Below are positions 1 to 9,698 of a stretch of 64,000 nucleotides of DNA, in pieces. The notes under the pieces are model-generated. The model saw only the letters and a list, made by a program, of their open reading frames with translations. It was not told the DNA's origin and did not search any database. Numbering within the stretch: position 1 is the first letter of the stretch; each line of letters starts with the position of its first letter. The stretch is taken from the sequence record OP991903.1. One strand, 5' to 3'. The position numbers and the translations under genes are program-made.

Positions 1-2
1 CA

Positions 3-809
3 GCGAACAAAGTGCTGGGCCTCGACGGTAAGTTCCCGGGTGCACAGGGTCTGGCCACTGCGCTGAACACTGCTGCTGACACCGCTGGTAAGCTGTTCGA
101 AACCGTACAGCCTAAGTCCATCGAAGTTGCGGACAACATCCTGAAAGCTATCGAAGCTGCTAAGTTCAGCGACGAAGCGTCTCTGTCTTCTCTGGGTGAC
201 AACCTGGTGAAAGCGGCGGCTGACCTGAACCCTGATACTCAGCTGTTCAGCAAAGACGTTCCGGATGCGAAAGCTACTGGCTTCGGTGAAATCGGCGAAG
301 GTCTGACTCTGCGTCGTACCGAGCAGATGCCGGGTAACCAGGCTATCTTCGTGTGCTTCGCACCGGCAGGCGCTGGCGCTACTGGCGCAGCAGACAAAAT
401 CAAAGGCGCTGCCGATGCCCTGGCCCGTCGTAAAACGACTGTGACCGGCGTACTGGCGAAAGACGTTGATGATTCTTCTGTCAGCGTTGATACCGCGACC
501 ACCCAGCAGATTATCAGCATCTGCGATGCAGTCATCAAGATGGCTGACATCATCGAAGGTTACAAGCGTAAATTCGCTAAGAGCGAAGAAGCGCACAAGA
601 ACCTTGACCAGGCTGGCGACCACGTTGAGCGTGAAGCCAACGACGGTGATGCAAAAGAAGGCATGTCTGCGATTCTGTCTGACATCCGTCGCATCATCCC
701 AGCTGCGCGTCTGCTGATTGACGAGCCGTCTGCGAAACTGAGCGGTGTGTTCATGAGCGTTGGTAAAAACACGCTGAACTACTGCAACCGTTCTCTGAGC
801 GCGTACTAA
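3..809 (+). CDS. phiKZ-like internal head protein (gp93/gp162/gp163 family), 5' partial
   Basis: Frame is open to the window edge; Ala/Asp-rich, highly expressed codon bias; C-terminus resembles the next gene (LSAY vs LSQY). Confidence 0.7.
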   Translation, partial: ANKVLGLDGKFPGAQGLATALNTAADTAGKLFETVQPKSIEVADNILKAIEAAKFSDEASLSSLGDNLVKAAADLNPDTQLFSKDVPDAKATGFGEIGEGLTLRRTEQMPGNQAIFVCFAPAGAGATGAADKIKGAADALARRKTTVTGVLAKDVDDSSVSVDTATTQQIISICDAVIKMADIIEGYKRKFAKSEEAHKNLDQAGDHVEREANDGDAKEGMSAILSDIRRIIPAARLLIDEPSAKLSGVFMSVGKNTLNYCNRSLSAY

Positions 810-847
810 TCCTATAGCGCTCATGCGTTCGAGGATTCTGGTTAAAT

Positions 848-871
848 GGTAGGGAAAACGTTTTCCCTACC
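848..871. repeat. 24-bp perfect palindrome (stem-loop) between head genes
   Basis: ggtagggaaaac|gttttccctacc. Confidence 0.9.
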
Positions 872-900
872 TTTCTCAATTTGTAATGGAGATTACCCAA

Positions 901-2250
901 ATGGGTCGTATTTCAAGTGGTCTGCGTGGTTATGGTTCTCAGGTTTCTAATGAGGGCTGGCCGGAAGTCAGCAACGAAGAAGCAGAACTGATTGTCGAAG
1001 AGCAAGCGAATGATTTGGCTGCGGCCGACGCTGAGCTCGACGAAGTCTACCGTCTGCAAGACGTGGCTGACAAAACCGAAGAAACTGCCGATTACATCGA
1101 GCAGGGTATCAACCAGAAAGAAGACGGCGCAACTGAAGGTGAAGTTGCTCTGGCTGAACAGGTTGCTGACCTGGCGACTGCCGGTTCTGATGAAAGCGCT
1201 GAAACCGTGATGCCTGCGGTTGAGAGCTACATCGGTTCTAAAGTGTCAACTGAAGGCTTCCGTGAAGTTGTTCGCAACATCATCGAAACCATCAAGCGCA
1301 TGATTAAGAAAATCATCGAGCGTCTGAAATCCTTCTGGCGTAAAATGACTTCTCGTCTGTCTGCGCTGAAGCGTTCTGCCGAAGACCTGAAAAAGCGTGC
1401 TGGCGGCATGACCGGTAAGCACTCTAAAGAGAAGAAATTCGAAGTGAGCGGCTCTGTTGCTCGTCTGATTTCTTACGCTGACAAACCGGTTAAGAACGGC
1501 GCTGAGCTGGTCTCTGGTCTGCGCGACATCAACGGCGCGTTGAACTCCCTGGCAACCAAGTATTGCCCGGAAGTAGCGAAAATCGGTGAGAAGCTGGCGG
1601 ACAGCCTGAACAGCTTTGACCCGGAAGACGCGAAAGACGGTCTGAAGAAACTGAACGGTCACATCCACACCATGTTTAAGAACATGTCTAAAGATGCTGA
1701 CGCTGACAAGTCTTCTTCTGACAGCCGTTTCAGCAGCAAAGACACCAAGCTGACTGAGTCTGACCCAATCCTGGGCGGTAAAACCATCTTCTGCTCTACC
1801 TGGTCTGGTAGCGTTGACGGTGACAGCCGTGACTTCGCGCGTCGTCTGCAATCTTCTACCGTGTTCATGGCGGACACGAAGAAAGACCAGAAAGACCCAG
1901 AAGAAGCCAGCCTGGACGTGCTGACGCCTGCACAGGTTGTCGACATCGCGGAAGAAGTTATCCGTGGTTGCGAAACCATGAAGCGTTACACCGAAGGCAA
2001 AGGCCTGAAGGACATGGAAAAAGCTGGCGAGAACGTGCGCAAAGCAGCGGACAAAATTGGTAGCCGTAAGGTTGACGAAGATAAAGTCAACCAGGAAAAC
2101 CAGTCTTGCACCCGTCTGGCCGTTCAGTACGGTTCTTCCTACGTCACCTGGACCAAAGAGCCGTACACTGCATTCACTGCTCACAGCTGCGCTGTGTTCC
2201 GTGCTGCAATGGCCGCTGGCTCTAAAGCGCTGTCTCAGTACGAATCTTAA
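901..2250 (+). CDS. phiKZ-like internal head protein with acidic propeptide
   Basis: Acidic N-terminus with AVE/STE protease-site motifs, then STEGFREVVRNIIETIKRMIKKIIERLKSFW typical of the family; GGAGA SD before ATG 901. Confidence 0.8.
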   Translation: MGRISSGLRGYGSQVSNEGWPEVSNEEAELIVEEQANDLAAADAELDEVYRLQDVADKTEETADYIEQGINQKEDGATEGEVALAEQVADLATAGSDESAETVMPAVESYIGSKVSTEGFREVVRNIIETIKRMIKKIIERLKSFWRKMTSRLSALKRSAEDLKKRAGGMTGKHSKEKKFEVSGSVARLISYADKPVKNGAELVSGLRDINGALNSLATKYCPEVAKIGEKLADSLNSFDPEDAKDGLKKLNGHIHTMFKNMSKDADADKSSSDSRFSSKDTKLTESDPILGGKTIFCSTWSGSVDGDSRDFARRLQSSTVFMADTKKDQKDPEEASLDVLTPAQVVDIAEEVIRGCETMKRYTEGKGLKDMEKAGENVRKAADKIGSRKVDEDKVNQENQSCTRLAVQYGSSYVTWTKEPYTAFTAHSCAVFRAAMAAGSKALSQYES

Positions 2251-2271
2251 TTCGACTGCGGTAAGTGCTTG

Positions 2272-2311
2272 AACAAGGGGGCTTCGGCCCCCTTGTTTTA
2301 TTTTCTTTTTT
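2272..2311 (+). terminator. intrinsic terminator
   Basis: aacaagggggc-ttcg-gcccccttgtt followed by a T-rich tail. Confidence 0.9.
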
Positions 2312-2375
2312 TACACCACCAGGAAATGGTTTGAACAACCTACCATTCCTTTCCTTTCTAAATGGAACATTAAGA

Positions 2376-3818
2376 ATGAAAATTATCTTTACGGTATTTA
2401 ACAGTCAGGGCGAGTTGATTGACAGCCCAGAGCTCCAACTCTTTGACGAAGTGACACGTGAGCAACTGGTTACCGCTCTTCCGTCTTTCCGTCTGGGTGA
2501 CGCCGGACATGGCATTACTGTCCGCGCTAAAGATTTCCTGAAGTCAACGCCTGATGCAGCTATCCTTGAGATGCTGACCGATGCACTGAACGAAGCTGCA
2601 CTGTTAAGCGACGTACAGCTGGAGGAGGTCACTGACCCGCACGCTCTCCTGTTGGCTGAACTGAACGACACCGTAGTAGGTGAAGGTGACGCGCAACTGA
2701 AGTTCGTGGCCGTGGGTGATTCCCAGTCGGCGGTGTTCCAACTGCGTGATTCTGCGGATGGTCTGATTTTCAGCCTGCCGCTGGAACGTGGTCACATTGC
2801 TCGTGCCACTAACGTATACAACGCGATTGCTCGCATCAATGCTGCGGCTGAGAAGTGGGAAATGCTTCAGGCTGCGCCGGTCCAGGACGCCAAAGGTCAG
2901 AACCCAGGTGTGCGCATGTTAACGGCCGCGGATATTCAGACCATGTTCAGTCTGACCTTCCCAGGCTTCCAGATTCCTCAGCTTGACCAGGTCGTTGAAC
3001 ACCCGGCTCCGAAGATTGCCGAAATCCTGGCAGCCTACGGTGAAGCAGACAGCGCGTCTAACGCACTGACCCGTGAAACCCAACTGGGCGACCCACAGGG
3101 AACAGCTGCGCCGGTAGCACTGAGCCCTGCGGCTATCAAACCGGAAGACTTCAACTACGACCGTGACCGCGAAGAAGCAGCGCGCGCGTACGACGTTCGT
3201 TTCCGTGGTATCATCATCGACCCGAAACGCGACCCGTTTGAAGGTACCTATCTGCCAAAAGACGTGGTCCACATGGAAGGCGCACTCCATTACCTGAACG
3301 GTAAACTGGAATGGGTCAAATTCCCTCTGGCCGGTAACGGTGGTTCATGGCGTATCTGGTTGGCGTCGGTAGCAGGTAAACGTGCGGTGGGTGGTCCGAA
3401 TGCCCCGGAGGTGGAGATTCCTCCAGCGGGAAAGCCTTTGTCGATTCGCTCCGAGCTCGCAAAGCTGGCCCAAACCGCGCCACTCGCAGAAAAATCAAAC
3501 ACCACAGCCGCCGCAAGCGCAAGTGATGCCTTCTACTTCAATGTGAAAGGTACCAGTGCACTGCGCGTTGTGCTGCGTGGCACCAACCGTGTCGCAGCAG
3601 TAGAACAGGGCCTGGTGACGTTCATTCAACGTGAACTGAAATCCCCAAGCTTCCACGCCATGAGCAACACCTTTAACGTGGCTGGTGAAGTGGTGGGTGA
3701 AAGCGTCACTGTCGCGGTACGTACGGCGCTCCAGATGCTGGGCCTGAACGACGTGACCATTGATGTAGAACCGACCTTCCTGCCGCTTAACGGCGACTAC
3801 GTTGGCTTAGCCGAGTAA
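2376..3818 (+). CDS. hypothetical protein (about 480 aa)
   Basis: Long ORF with phage codon bias; start refined to MKIIFTV because the longer start lies inside the terminator. Confidence 0.75.
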   Translation: MKIIFTVFNSQGELIDSPELQLFDEVTREQLVTALPSFRLGDAGHGITVRAKDFLKSTPDAAILEMLTDALNEAALLSDVQLEEVTDPHALLLAELNDTVVGEGDAQLKFVAVGDSQSAVFQLRDSADGLIFSLPLERGHIARATNVYNAIARINAAAEKWEMLQAAPVQDAKGQNPGVRMLTAADIQTMFSLTFPGFQIPQLDQVVEHPAPKIAEILAAYGEADSASNALTRETQLGDPQGTAAPVALSPAAIKPEDFNYDRDREEAARAYDVRFRGIIIDPKRDPFEGTYLPKDVVHMEGALHYLNGKLEWVKFPLAGNGGSWRIWLASVAGKRAVGGPNAPEVEIPPAGKPLSIRSELAKLAQTAPLAEKSNTTAAASASDAFYFNVKGTSALRVVLRGTNRVAAVEQGLVTFIQRELKSPSFHAMSNTFNVAGEVVGESVTVAVRTALQMLGLNDVTIDVEPTFLPLNGDYVGLAE

Positions 3819-3824
3819 TACTAC

Positions 3825-3860
3825 CCCTCTCCTGCTTTTTGGCAGGAGAGGGCTTTATGC
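3825..3860 (+). terminator. hairpin with TTTATGC tail (terminator and/or late promoter)
   Basis: ccctctcctgc-tttttg-gcaggagaggg-ctttatgc. Confidence 0.7.
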
Positions 3861-3897
3861 TGCTTTCTATGAGACTGCTTAGAGGAGCGCGTGCACC

Positions 3898-5430
3898 ATG
3901 CCACAGCTGAACTATGGAATTCCGGATGTGTACGAGTCGGTGACGCGTCCGACGAACATGAACATTATCCGGAGTATTATCAATTCGACCGGTATCCCGG
4001 AAGACACCTTCATTGAATACGCCGGACAGAACGATGGGATTCCTACCTATCGAACCCTCCTGACCAACAATCGTAATACCGAACCTGCCAAGATGTCCAT
4101 CTACGACAAAGTGCAGGTAACGGTAGAAGAGGAGATAAAGGACGAGTATTTGTTCAATATCCCCTTTGTGTACGACGACAAGAAAACCATCTGGAAAGAC
4201 CCCAAGCTCCCTGTCTGGTTGCAACCGGTGTATGAGCACGTCGAAACCACGTTGTCATTCCGCTACCGTGTGGTGGACCTCAACAAGGCGAAAGACTGGC
4301 AGACCGGAATGCGCCGTAAGTTGGGGCTCGCCTGGAAAGACGGGTCATTCCAGTCCAGTTACAAGTTTGTGGTACCGAAACTGATTCTGTTGTTCCTGGA
4401 GCAGTTCCACAAAATGAAAGAGGCGGTGGCTCCCGAGGGAACAACGCTCCCGGACTGGTTACAGGCTCACGCCATTCAGCCGAACACCGTCCTGACTACG
4501 CAAGCCGGGACCCAACCGGAATGGGCGTTCAAAGAGAACGAACTCGATATCCTGGGCTATTTCGATTTCTCCCAGGTGCCGGTAGAAGAGAAGAAACAAG
4601 ACACCCACACTTACGAGGTTTCCTTTACCTTTAAGTTTCAGTGGGAGCGCCCGATTGAACTGGTGCTCGGTTACCCGTTGGTGATTCACAACCAGTTGGT
4701 GCCGAAGAAGTTTCGTCCCGACAACGTCATCTACGACCCGGGTGAAATCTGGGGAGCGGCGAGTAAGTCCATGTCCCGTTACCATCAGTTGATGGAAGCC
4801 GCCGGGTTTAAGAACCACAACTCTCGCGGTGGGATGATTATCCCGTTCTTCGATGAGTTCTGGCCGACCCAAATCGGACATGACTTGACGAACCTGGTGC
4901 AGTTCATGATTCAGGTGAAAGACGACCCGACGATGGTCCTCGACTTGAAGAACATCCCGGGGTTCACCTGGAATGAGAAACTGTTGGGGATTATGACCAA
5001 AGACCATAAGGGGCTCACCAAGCGTACCCAGTCCGTGGTCAACATCGTCCTCTATATCGGGGACCGCCCTCTGGATTCCAGTCGGTTGTACGTCGATGAG
5101 AACCTGGTGGTCCGTAGCACGGTGCCGTTGAAACTCACGGACGTCCATCACCTGCGCATTAACCTGTACACCCAGTTGGCGTTCCTCACCAAAGAGGCGA
5201 CCGATACCTTACGGTCTAACCCGGAGTGGGCGAACCTTATCTTCACGGTACTGGAACCCGAGATGTACAATCAGGGGTTACTGCCGAAGTCGCTCAAGAA
5301 CATCTGGATTCCTGACGATGAATGGTGGCGCTGTATTCAGTACCTGAAACAAACGGATGCGAAACTGTTCGGTCCCCGGGTCGTGTGGCCTACGGTGATG
5401 AACATGGTTATCGTTGCCAATCTTACTTAA
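3898..5430 (+). CDS. virion structural protein (phiKZ gp99-like, probable neck/tail junction)
   Basis: 510-aa ORF in a late operon; synteny upstream of DnaB/MCP. Confidence 0.55.
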   Translation: MPQLNYGIPDVYESVTRPTNMNIIRSIINSTGIPEDTFIEYAGQNDGIPTYRTLLTNNRNTEPAKMSIYDKVQVTVEEEIKDEYLFNIPFVYDDKKTIWKDPKLPVWLQPVYEHVETTLSFRYRVVDLNKAKDWQTGMRRKLGLAWKDGSFQSSYKFVVPKLILLFLEQFHKMKEAVAPEGTTLPDWLQAHAIQPNTVLTTQAGTQPEWAFKENELDILGYFDFSQVPVEEKKQDTHTYEVSFTFKFQWERPIELVLGYPLVIHNQLVPKKFRPDNVIYDPGEIWGAASKSMSRYHQLMEAAGFKNHNSRGGMIIPFFDEFWPTQIGHDLTNLVQFMIQVKDDPTMVLDLKNIPGFTWNEKLLGIMTKDHKGLTKRTQSVVNIVLYIGDRPLDSSRLYVDENLVVRSTVPLKLTDVHHLRINLYTQLAFLTKEATDTLRSNPEWANLIFTVLEPEMYNQGLLPKSLKNIWIPDDEWWRCIQYLKQTDAKLFGPRVVWPTVMNMVIVANLT

Positions 5431-5442
5431 TGGGGTTTTACC

Positions 5443-6753
5443 ATGTCCTTATTCGATGTTGATGAGTCCGTGCCCATCCCTAAGCCAGAACAGCCTGTGC
5501 TCAATCCTACGCCCTATAAAGGTGTACCGGTAGATACGCAGGTTATTCCGCTGAAAACGCTGCTGACGGCCATTGAGGGCCGTCGTTGGGTGGTTACTTG
5601 GTTCTCCCAGGTATTAGGGGGCGACGGCGAGACAGCGGCACAGCAAGACAGCCGTTTAGCCATCAACCAACAGTACAAACGTATCAACGATTTGGAACTG
5701 AAGGTTACTGACCCGATTCCGGTTAACCCGACCTATAACGTCGAGGCAACGGAGTTCGAAGCCCGGGGTCGAGCGAACATGTACCCAGGGGTGATTCCGA
5801 ACCCAGGTGACATGTTTATCGCTGACCTGGGTGACGGGCGTCCTGGTCTGTTCATCGTGATTTCCCCGGTGGAACAGAAAACCATCTTCACCCAGACCAC
5901 CTACTCTATCGAGTACACCCTCAAACAGTACCTGACCCCTGAGGACCATCAGGACCTGATTGAGAAGACGGTGCGTGAATACTACTTTGTCCGTGACTTC
6001 CTGGATACCGGCATTAACCCGCTGATTACCACCGAAGCCCACGAACAGTACGTTCAGTTACTCGAGATGCGTGAGGCGCTGCCGCAGGAATACCTGAACC
6101 AGTATATCGACCGGGAATTCAGTACGTTGTTGGTCCCGGGCTTTGACCGGGTATACGACCCGTTCCTGACCACCTTCGTTGATACCTGCTTTGGGGATAA
6201 GGTAACGGAAGTCTTTACCCGAGGGTTGAACAAACCTACGGTGATGGATGACCGTCAACGCTTACCGGTAACCCTGTTTGACGCCATCGTGGATTTGCGT
6301 CCCCGTACCTTGAAACGTGCGGACAAACAAATCAAGTTGCTGTCAACCCGGCTGTTCCACCGTAACCCGTATTACGGCGGGATTCGTTATTCCGGTCTGT
6401 ACGATGTGGTCTACCCACCGAATGCGCGTGCGGGTGACATTACGGAAGGACAGAGTTGGGCGGAACGTGGCTTACCGCCACCACCAGAACCTAACACTGA
6501 CGGTTCACGGGATATCCCAGCGGTGATGGCGGATGGTTACTACATCCTCAGTAAGGCCTTCTACGACCGTGACACCACGAACCTGTCTTTGTTGGAAGCC
6601 ATGGTCTGGCAGATGTTTGATAACAATACCGTAGACCCGGCCTCGGTCATCAAGTTGTGGGACAAGTCCTACGACTGGGAACCGCTGAGTCAGTTCTACC
6701 TTTTACCGGTACTCTACGCGCTGATTCCATCGGCGATGCGTGGCTTACCGTAA
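5443..6753 (+). CDS. virion structural protein (phiKZ gp101-like)
   Basis: Motifs QQYKRINDLELKVT and PNPGDMFIADLGDGR recalled from phiKZ-like virion proteins; synteny. Confidence 0.55.
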   Translation: MSLFDVDESVPIPKPEQPVLNPTPYKGVPVDTQVIPLKTLLTAIEGRRWVVTWFSQVLGGDGETAAQQDSRLAINQQYKRINDLELKVTDPIPVNPTYNVEATEFEARGRANMYPGVIPNPGDMFIADLGDGRPGLFIVISPVEQKTIFTQTTYSIEYTLKQYLTPEDHQDLIEKTVREYYFVRDFLDTGINPLITTEAHEQYVQLLEMREALPQEYLNQYIDREFSTLLVPGFDRVYDPFLTTFVDTCFGDKVTEVFTRGLNKPTVMDDRQRLPVTLFDAIVDLRPRTLKRADKQIKLLSTRLFHRNPYYGGIRYSGLYDVVYPPNARAGDITEGQSWAERGLPPPPEPNTDGSRDIPAVMADGYYILSKAFYDRDTTNLSLLEAMVWQMFDNNTVDPASVIKLWDKSYDWEPLSQFYLLPVLYALIPSAMRGLP

Positions 6754-6765
6754 CAGGAGCACCCG

Positions 6766-7383
6766 ATGGGCAGAGAGAACACTCTTAAAACCGTCCATGA
6801 ATCCCAACGCCCCCATTACAAACTGTTCAAGACGCTCTTCTACATCATCGCGGCGGATTACGAGTTAACCAGTACCGGTGAGATTCGCACCTACGGGTCC
6901 TTCGTTACCGGGATGCGTGATGTGGACCAGCGTCTGCCGTACCAGGAACGTCGGGCTGGGCGGTCTATCAACGAGATGATGGAAATCTGGCACCGGGGCG
7001 GAAACTTCCGTCTGGCGAACGCCAAGATTGACTTACCGTTGATTCACCAAATCATCCAGGACTACCTGATGGAGTTCCAGGCGTACAGCGAGAACTACCA
7101 TAAGGGTGGGATTCGACTCAAGGACAAAGAGAAGTACGAGAGGACGTTCAAGTACGCCATGCGTCTGGATGAGTTTGCCCGCCAGGTGTTCAACAAGGCG
7201 GTGGACTTCAAAGCCCGCAAAGACGTGGTGGTGGAAGACCTCAAAGACCTGCTCAAAACCTCGATGGTCGATTTACTCCAGGGTACGTCCGAGAAACAAG
7301 AAAGTCCGGGCGATTACAAACCGTTGCAGGAGCGTGTCAACTACAGCGGGTTGAGCAAACGGAAACGGTACGGGGCGTCGTAG
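6766..7383 (+). CDS. hypothetical protein
   Basis: 205-aa ORF, AGGAG SD, operon context. Confidence 0.7.
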   Translation: MGRENTLKTVHESQRPHYKLFKTLFYIIAADYELTSTGEIRTYGSFVTGMRDVDQRLPYQERRAGRSINEMMEIWHRGGNFRLANAKIDLPLIHQIIQDYLMEFQAYSENYHKGGIRLKDKEKYERTFKYAMRLDEFARQVFNKAVDFKARKDVVVEDLKDLLKTSMVDLLQGTSEKQESPGDYKPLQERVNYSGLSKRKRYGAS

Positions 7384-7392
7384 GAGTAACCC

Positions 7393-8736
7393 ATGAACCC
7401 AAACTTGCTGTACGACACCATTCACGCCATCCTCCTTAAAGCGCGGGGTCCGCGCTTTCGCCACAAAGCCACCTTTGTGAGTGCTAACGGGAGTGCCACG
7501 GCGATAGCGGTGATTGAGAAATGGAGCTCGGCCGATTACGTCAGCAGCTTCTGTAGGGACATGACCATTCAGGTGGCCACCTCAGTGAAGGATTACCGAG
7601 ATGTACTGTACGCACGGCGTGATAACCTGAAGTGCGTGCTCCAGAAGATTCAGGTCGACCCGGTATCCGGGGTGGACGTGATTGGGGGCATTACCACATC
7701 GTACACGTACCGTGCCTTCCTGGTGGACAACGCCGATGCTACCTTGCCACACGGTAACCCGATGACGTCGGGAACTTACCTGGACGGGAAGGACGACATG
7801 CGCTACTTCCATGTGCAGTTGGTTGACCCGGTGGCGGAGTTCATGTCTGTGCGTTCTGGCGGAGGTATCTCCCGCTATAACAGCAACGAGGATTTCCTGA
7901 AGGCGTTGGTCTTAACGGCGGCGAAATCAGAGAAAGGGGAACAGTCGGTTTACTTGAAGGGATTCGAGATGGTTCCGTCGGTGAACAAAGGCGAGATTAC
8001 CCCGGACTTTGTGGTACCGCACAGTGTCCCGCTCATCGACGTCCCTGGGTGGATTCAGGAGAATGAGAACGGGCTTTACGATAAAGGGTTGGGGTCGTTT
8101 ATCCAGGACGGGATTTGGTACATCTATCCGCTTTACCGGACGAACCACCTGAAGACCGCGGTCAAGAAGCTTGTGGTGTTCCAGGTGCCAACCAACGTGG
8201 TGCCGTTACTGGACAACACGTCGTACCAGGATGGGGATACACTGTACGTGGTTTGTACGGGCTCCCCCTCTATTCAGGATATCTCGGTCTCGGGGAATTT
8301 TGAATACGGTAACGGGGTACGTTTCATTCGGGCCGACGAGCTGATGGCTGCACCTACTGCCCAAACGGAAAACACCGCACTGCTGAACCGCAGTAAGTAC
8401 ATGGCTGAGTTTCAGGACTCCACGCGTGAGGATGGGTTTGCCATTGCGGGCATGTCCAGTGTGAAGGCGACCAACAACGTACCGTTTGAAATGTCGAAGC
8501 TGGCAGCGAATGACGGTCAGTTGTTCACCACCACCTGGCAGAACTCGAATGCGGACCTGGTGTTCCCGGGGATGCCGGTGCAGGTCTACCACGATATCGG
8601 CGGAAAGATTAAGAAGTACGGTGGGACCATGTTCCAGATTGATGAACAGTGGGCTCTCGAACGTCCCGGTCTTTCCGACCAAACCCAGACGTCAGTGGCG
8701 GGGATGGTAATGTACCTGTCGAAGAATTCGGAGTAA
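7393..8736 (+). CDS. probable virion (baseplate hub-like) protein
   Basis: 447-aa ORF, AGGAG SD, structural operon. Confidence 0.5.
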   Translation: MNPNLLYDTIHAILLKARGPRFRHKATFVSANGSATAIAVIEKWSSADYVSSFCRDMTIQVATSVKDYRDVLYARRDNLKCVLQKIQVDPVSGVDVIGGITTSYTYRAFLVDNADATLPHGNPMTSGTYLDGKDDMRYFHVQLVDPVAEFMSVRSGGGISRYNSNEDFLKALVLTAAKSEKGEQSVYLKGFEMVPSVNKGEITPDFVVPHSVPLIDVPGWIQENENGLYDKGLGSFIQDGIWYIYPLYRTNHLKTAVKKLVVFQVPTNVVPLLDNTSYQDGDTLYVVCTGSPSIQDISVSGNFEYGNGVRFIRADELMAAPTAQTENTALLNRSKYMAEFQDSTREDGFAIAGMSSVKATNNVPFEMSKLAANDGQLFTTTWQNSNADLVFPGMPVQVYHDIGGKIKKYGGTMFQIDEQWALERPGLSDQTQTSVAGMVMYLSKNSE

Positions 8737-8738
8737 CC

Positions 8739-9563
8739 ATGATTTATCCATACAACGTCGCTAACGTCGCCTCCTTCCTGACCATGGTTGACGGCGTCAT
8801 CAGTCGCGCCCCTGAAAATGCGGCGTACATCAAAAACCTGTTGGTTCACCAACCGTTCTTTGGTCGTACCGGGGTTGAGTTCAATGAGACCGAAGTGTTG
8901 CTCTTGAACGATGCGTACATCGGGACGGCTCTGGTTCAGGGTGGTATCCGGGATAACGAGATTCACTTTGCGGCGGTGGAAGCAGCCCATGAAGTGAAGT
9001 TGGCGCTCCCTCATCGGAAGATTGAGGTTATCGTTGACGGGGTGATGCAGGAGGGGGTCAGTGAACGGTTCTGGGACCGGGCTTACCATAACGGGAACGT
9101 TCCGTTGCTGGTCCCCCGCTACCGGAGCGAGGATATCTTTAATAACCTGTTGTTCACCGCCCCTCTCACGACCTGGGCGGCCTCAGGAGCCGGTCCACTC
9201 TATCCAGACAGGGATTATATCGCTGCGGGGTCAAAGTACGTCCTGAGTGCGTTTGTGGCGGCTCTAGCCCGTCACGTGGGTAAACCGGGAAATGTCTTCG
9301 TCACCGCCAGTGGGGAAAGCCTTAATCTGAACGCCACTGCACCGACCAGCGTTTACCCTAAACCGGAAACCTGGAAGGCGCAAGGGATGATGGATGCCCA
9401 CCTGCGTTCCCTGAAAGGGTGGTTGAACGTAAGTCTGACCACTGCGCAACAAACCCAGTTCAAGAACGACGGTTGGTACGAAAGGATTGAACGGTTGTTG
9501 TACGGTGTGTACTTCAGTAACTACTACTGGTGTCAGCGGATAGCCGTCACCGGGAAAGCGTAA
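8739..9563 (+). CDS. hypothetical protein
   Basis: Start refined to MIYPYNV with GGAG SD right after the upstream stop. Confidence 0.7.
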   Translation: MIYPYNVANVASFLTMVDGVISRAPENAAYIKNLLVHQPFFGRTGVEFNETEVLLLNDAYIGTALVQGGIRDNEIHFAAVEAAHEVKLALPHRKIEVIVDGVMQEGVSERFWDRAYHNGNVPLLVPRYRSEDIFNNLLFTAPLTTWAASGAGPLYPDRDYIAAGSKYVLSAFVAALARHVGKPGNVFVTASGESLNLNATAPTSVYPKPETWKAQGMMDAHLRSLKGWLNVSLTTAQQTQFKNDGWYERIERLLYGVYFSNYYWCQRIAVTGKA

Positions 9564-9567
9564 AAGA

Positions 9568-9624
9568 GCATAAAGCCCGCGGGACTGGACTGGGACGATA
9601 CCCAGTCCAGTCTGGCATTTATGC
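9568..9624. terminator. bidirectional terminator between convergent genes
   Basis: gcataaa...gactggactggg-acgata-cccagtccagtc...tttatgc. Confidence 0.75.
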
Positions 9625-9698
9625 CACCGCGAGTCTAAGAAGTCAGTTGTCGGTTGGTTGAGGTTGGCTGGTCGTAAGCTTTTGCTTTACGGTACCGG

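Noticed and set aside
1246-2184. Long antisense ORFs (also 12939-13865, 21713-22618, 10074-10928, 56765-57715, 4459-5151)
   Set aside because: Shadow frames of strongly codon-biased genes; no SD and implausible composition.
2265-2375. Longer 5' starts from the ORF track (also 886, 8649, 11913, 23557, 26751, 30581, 32127, 59447, 59823)
   Set aside because: They run through terminators or upstream genes; downstream starts have clear SD sequences.
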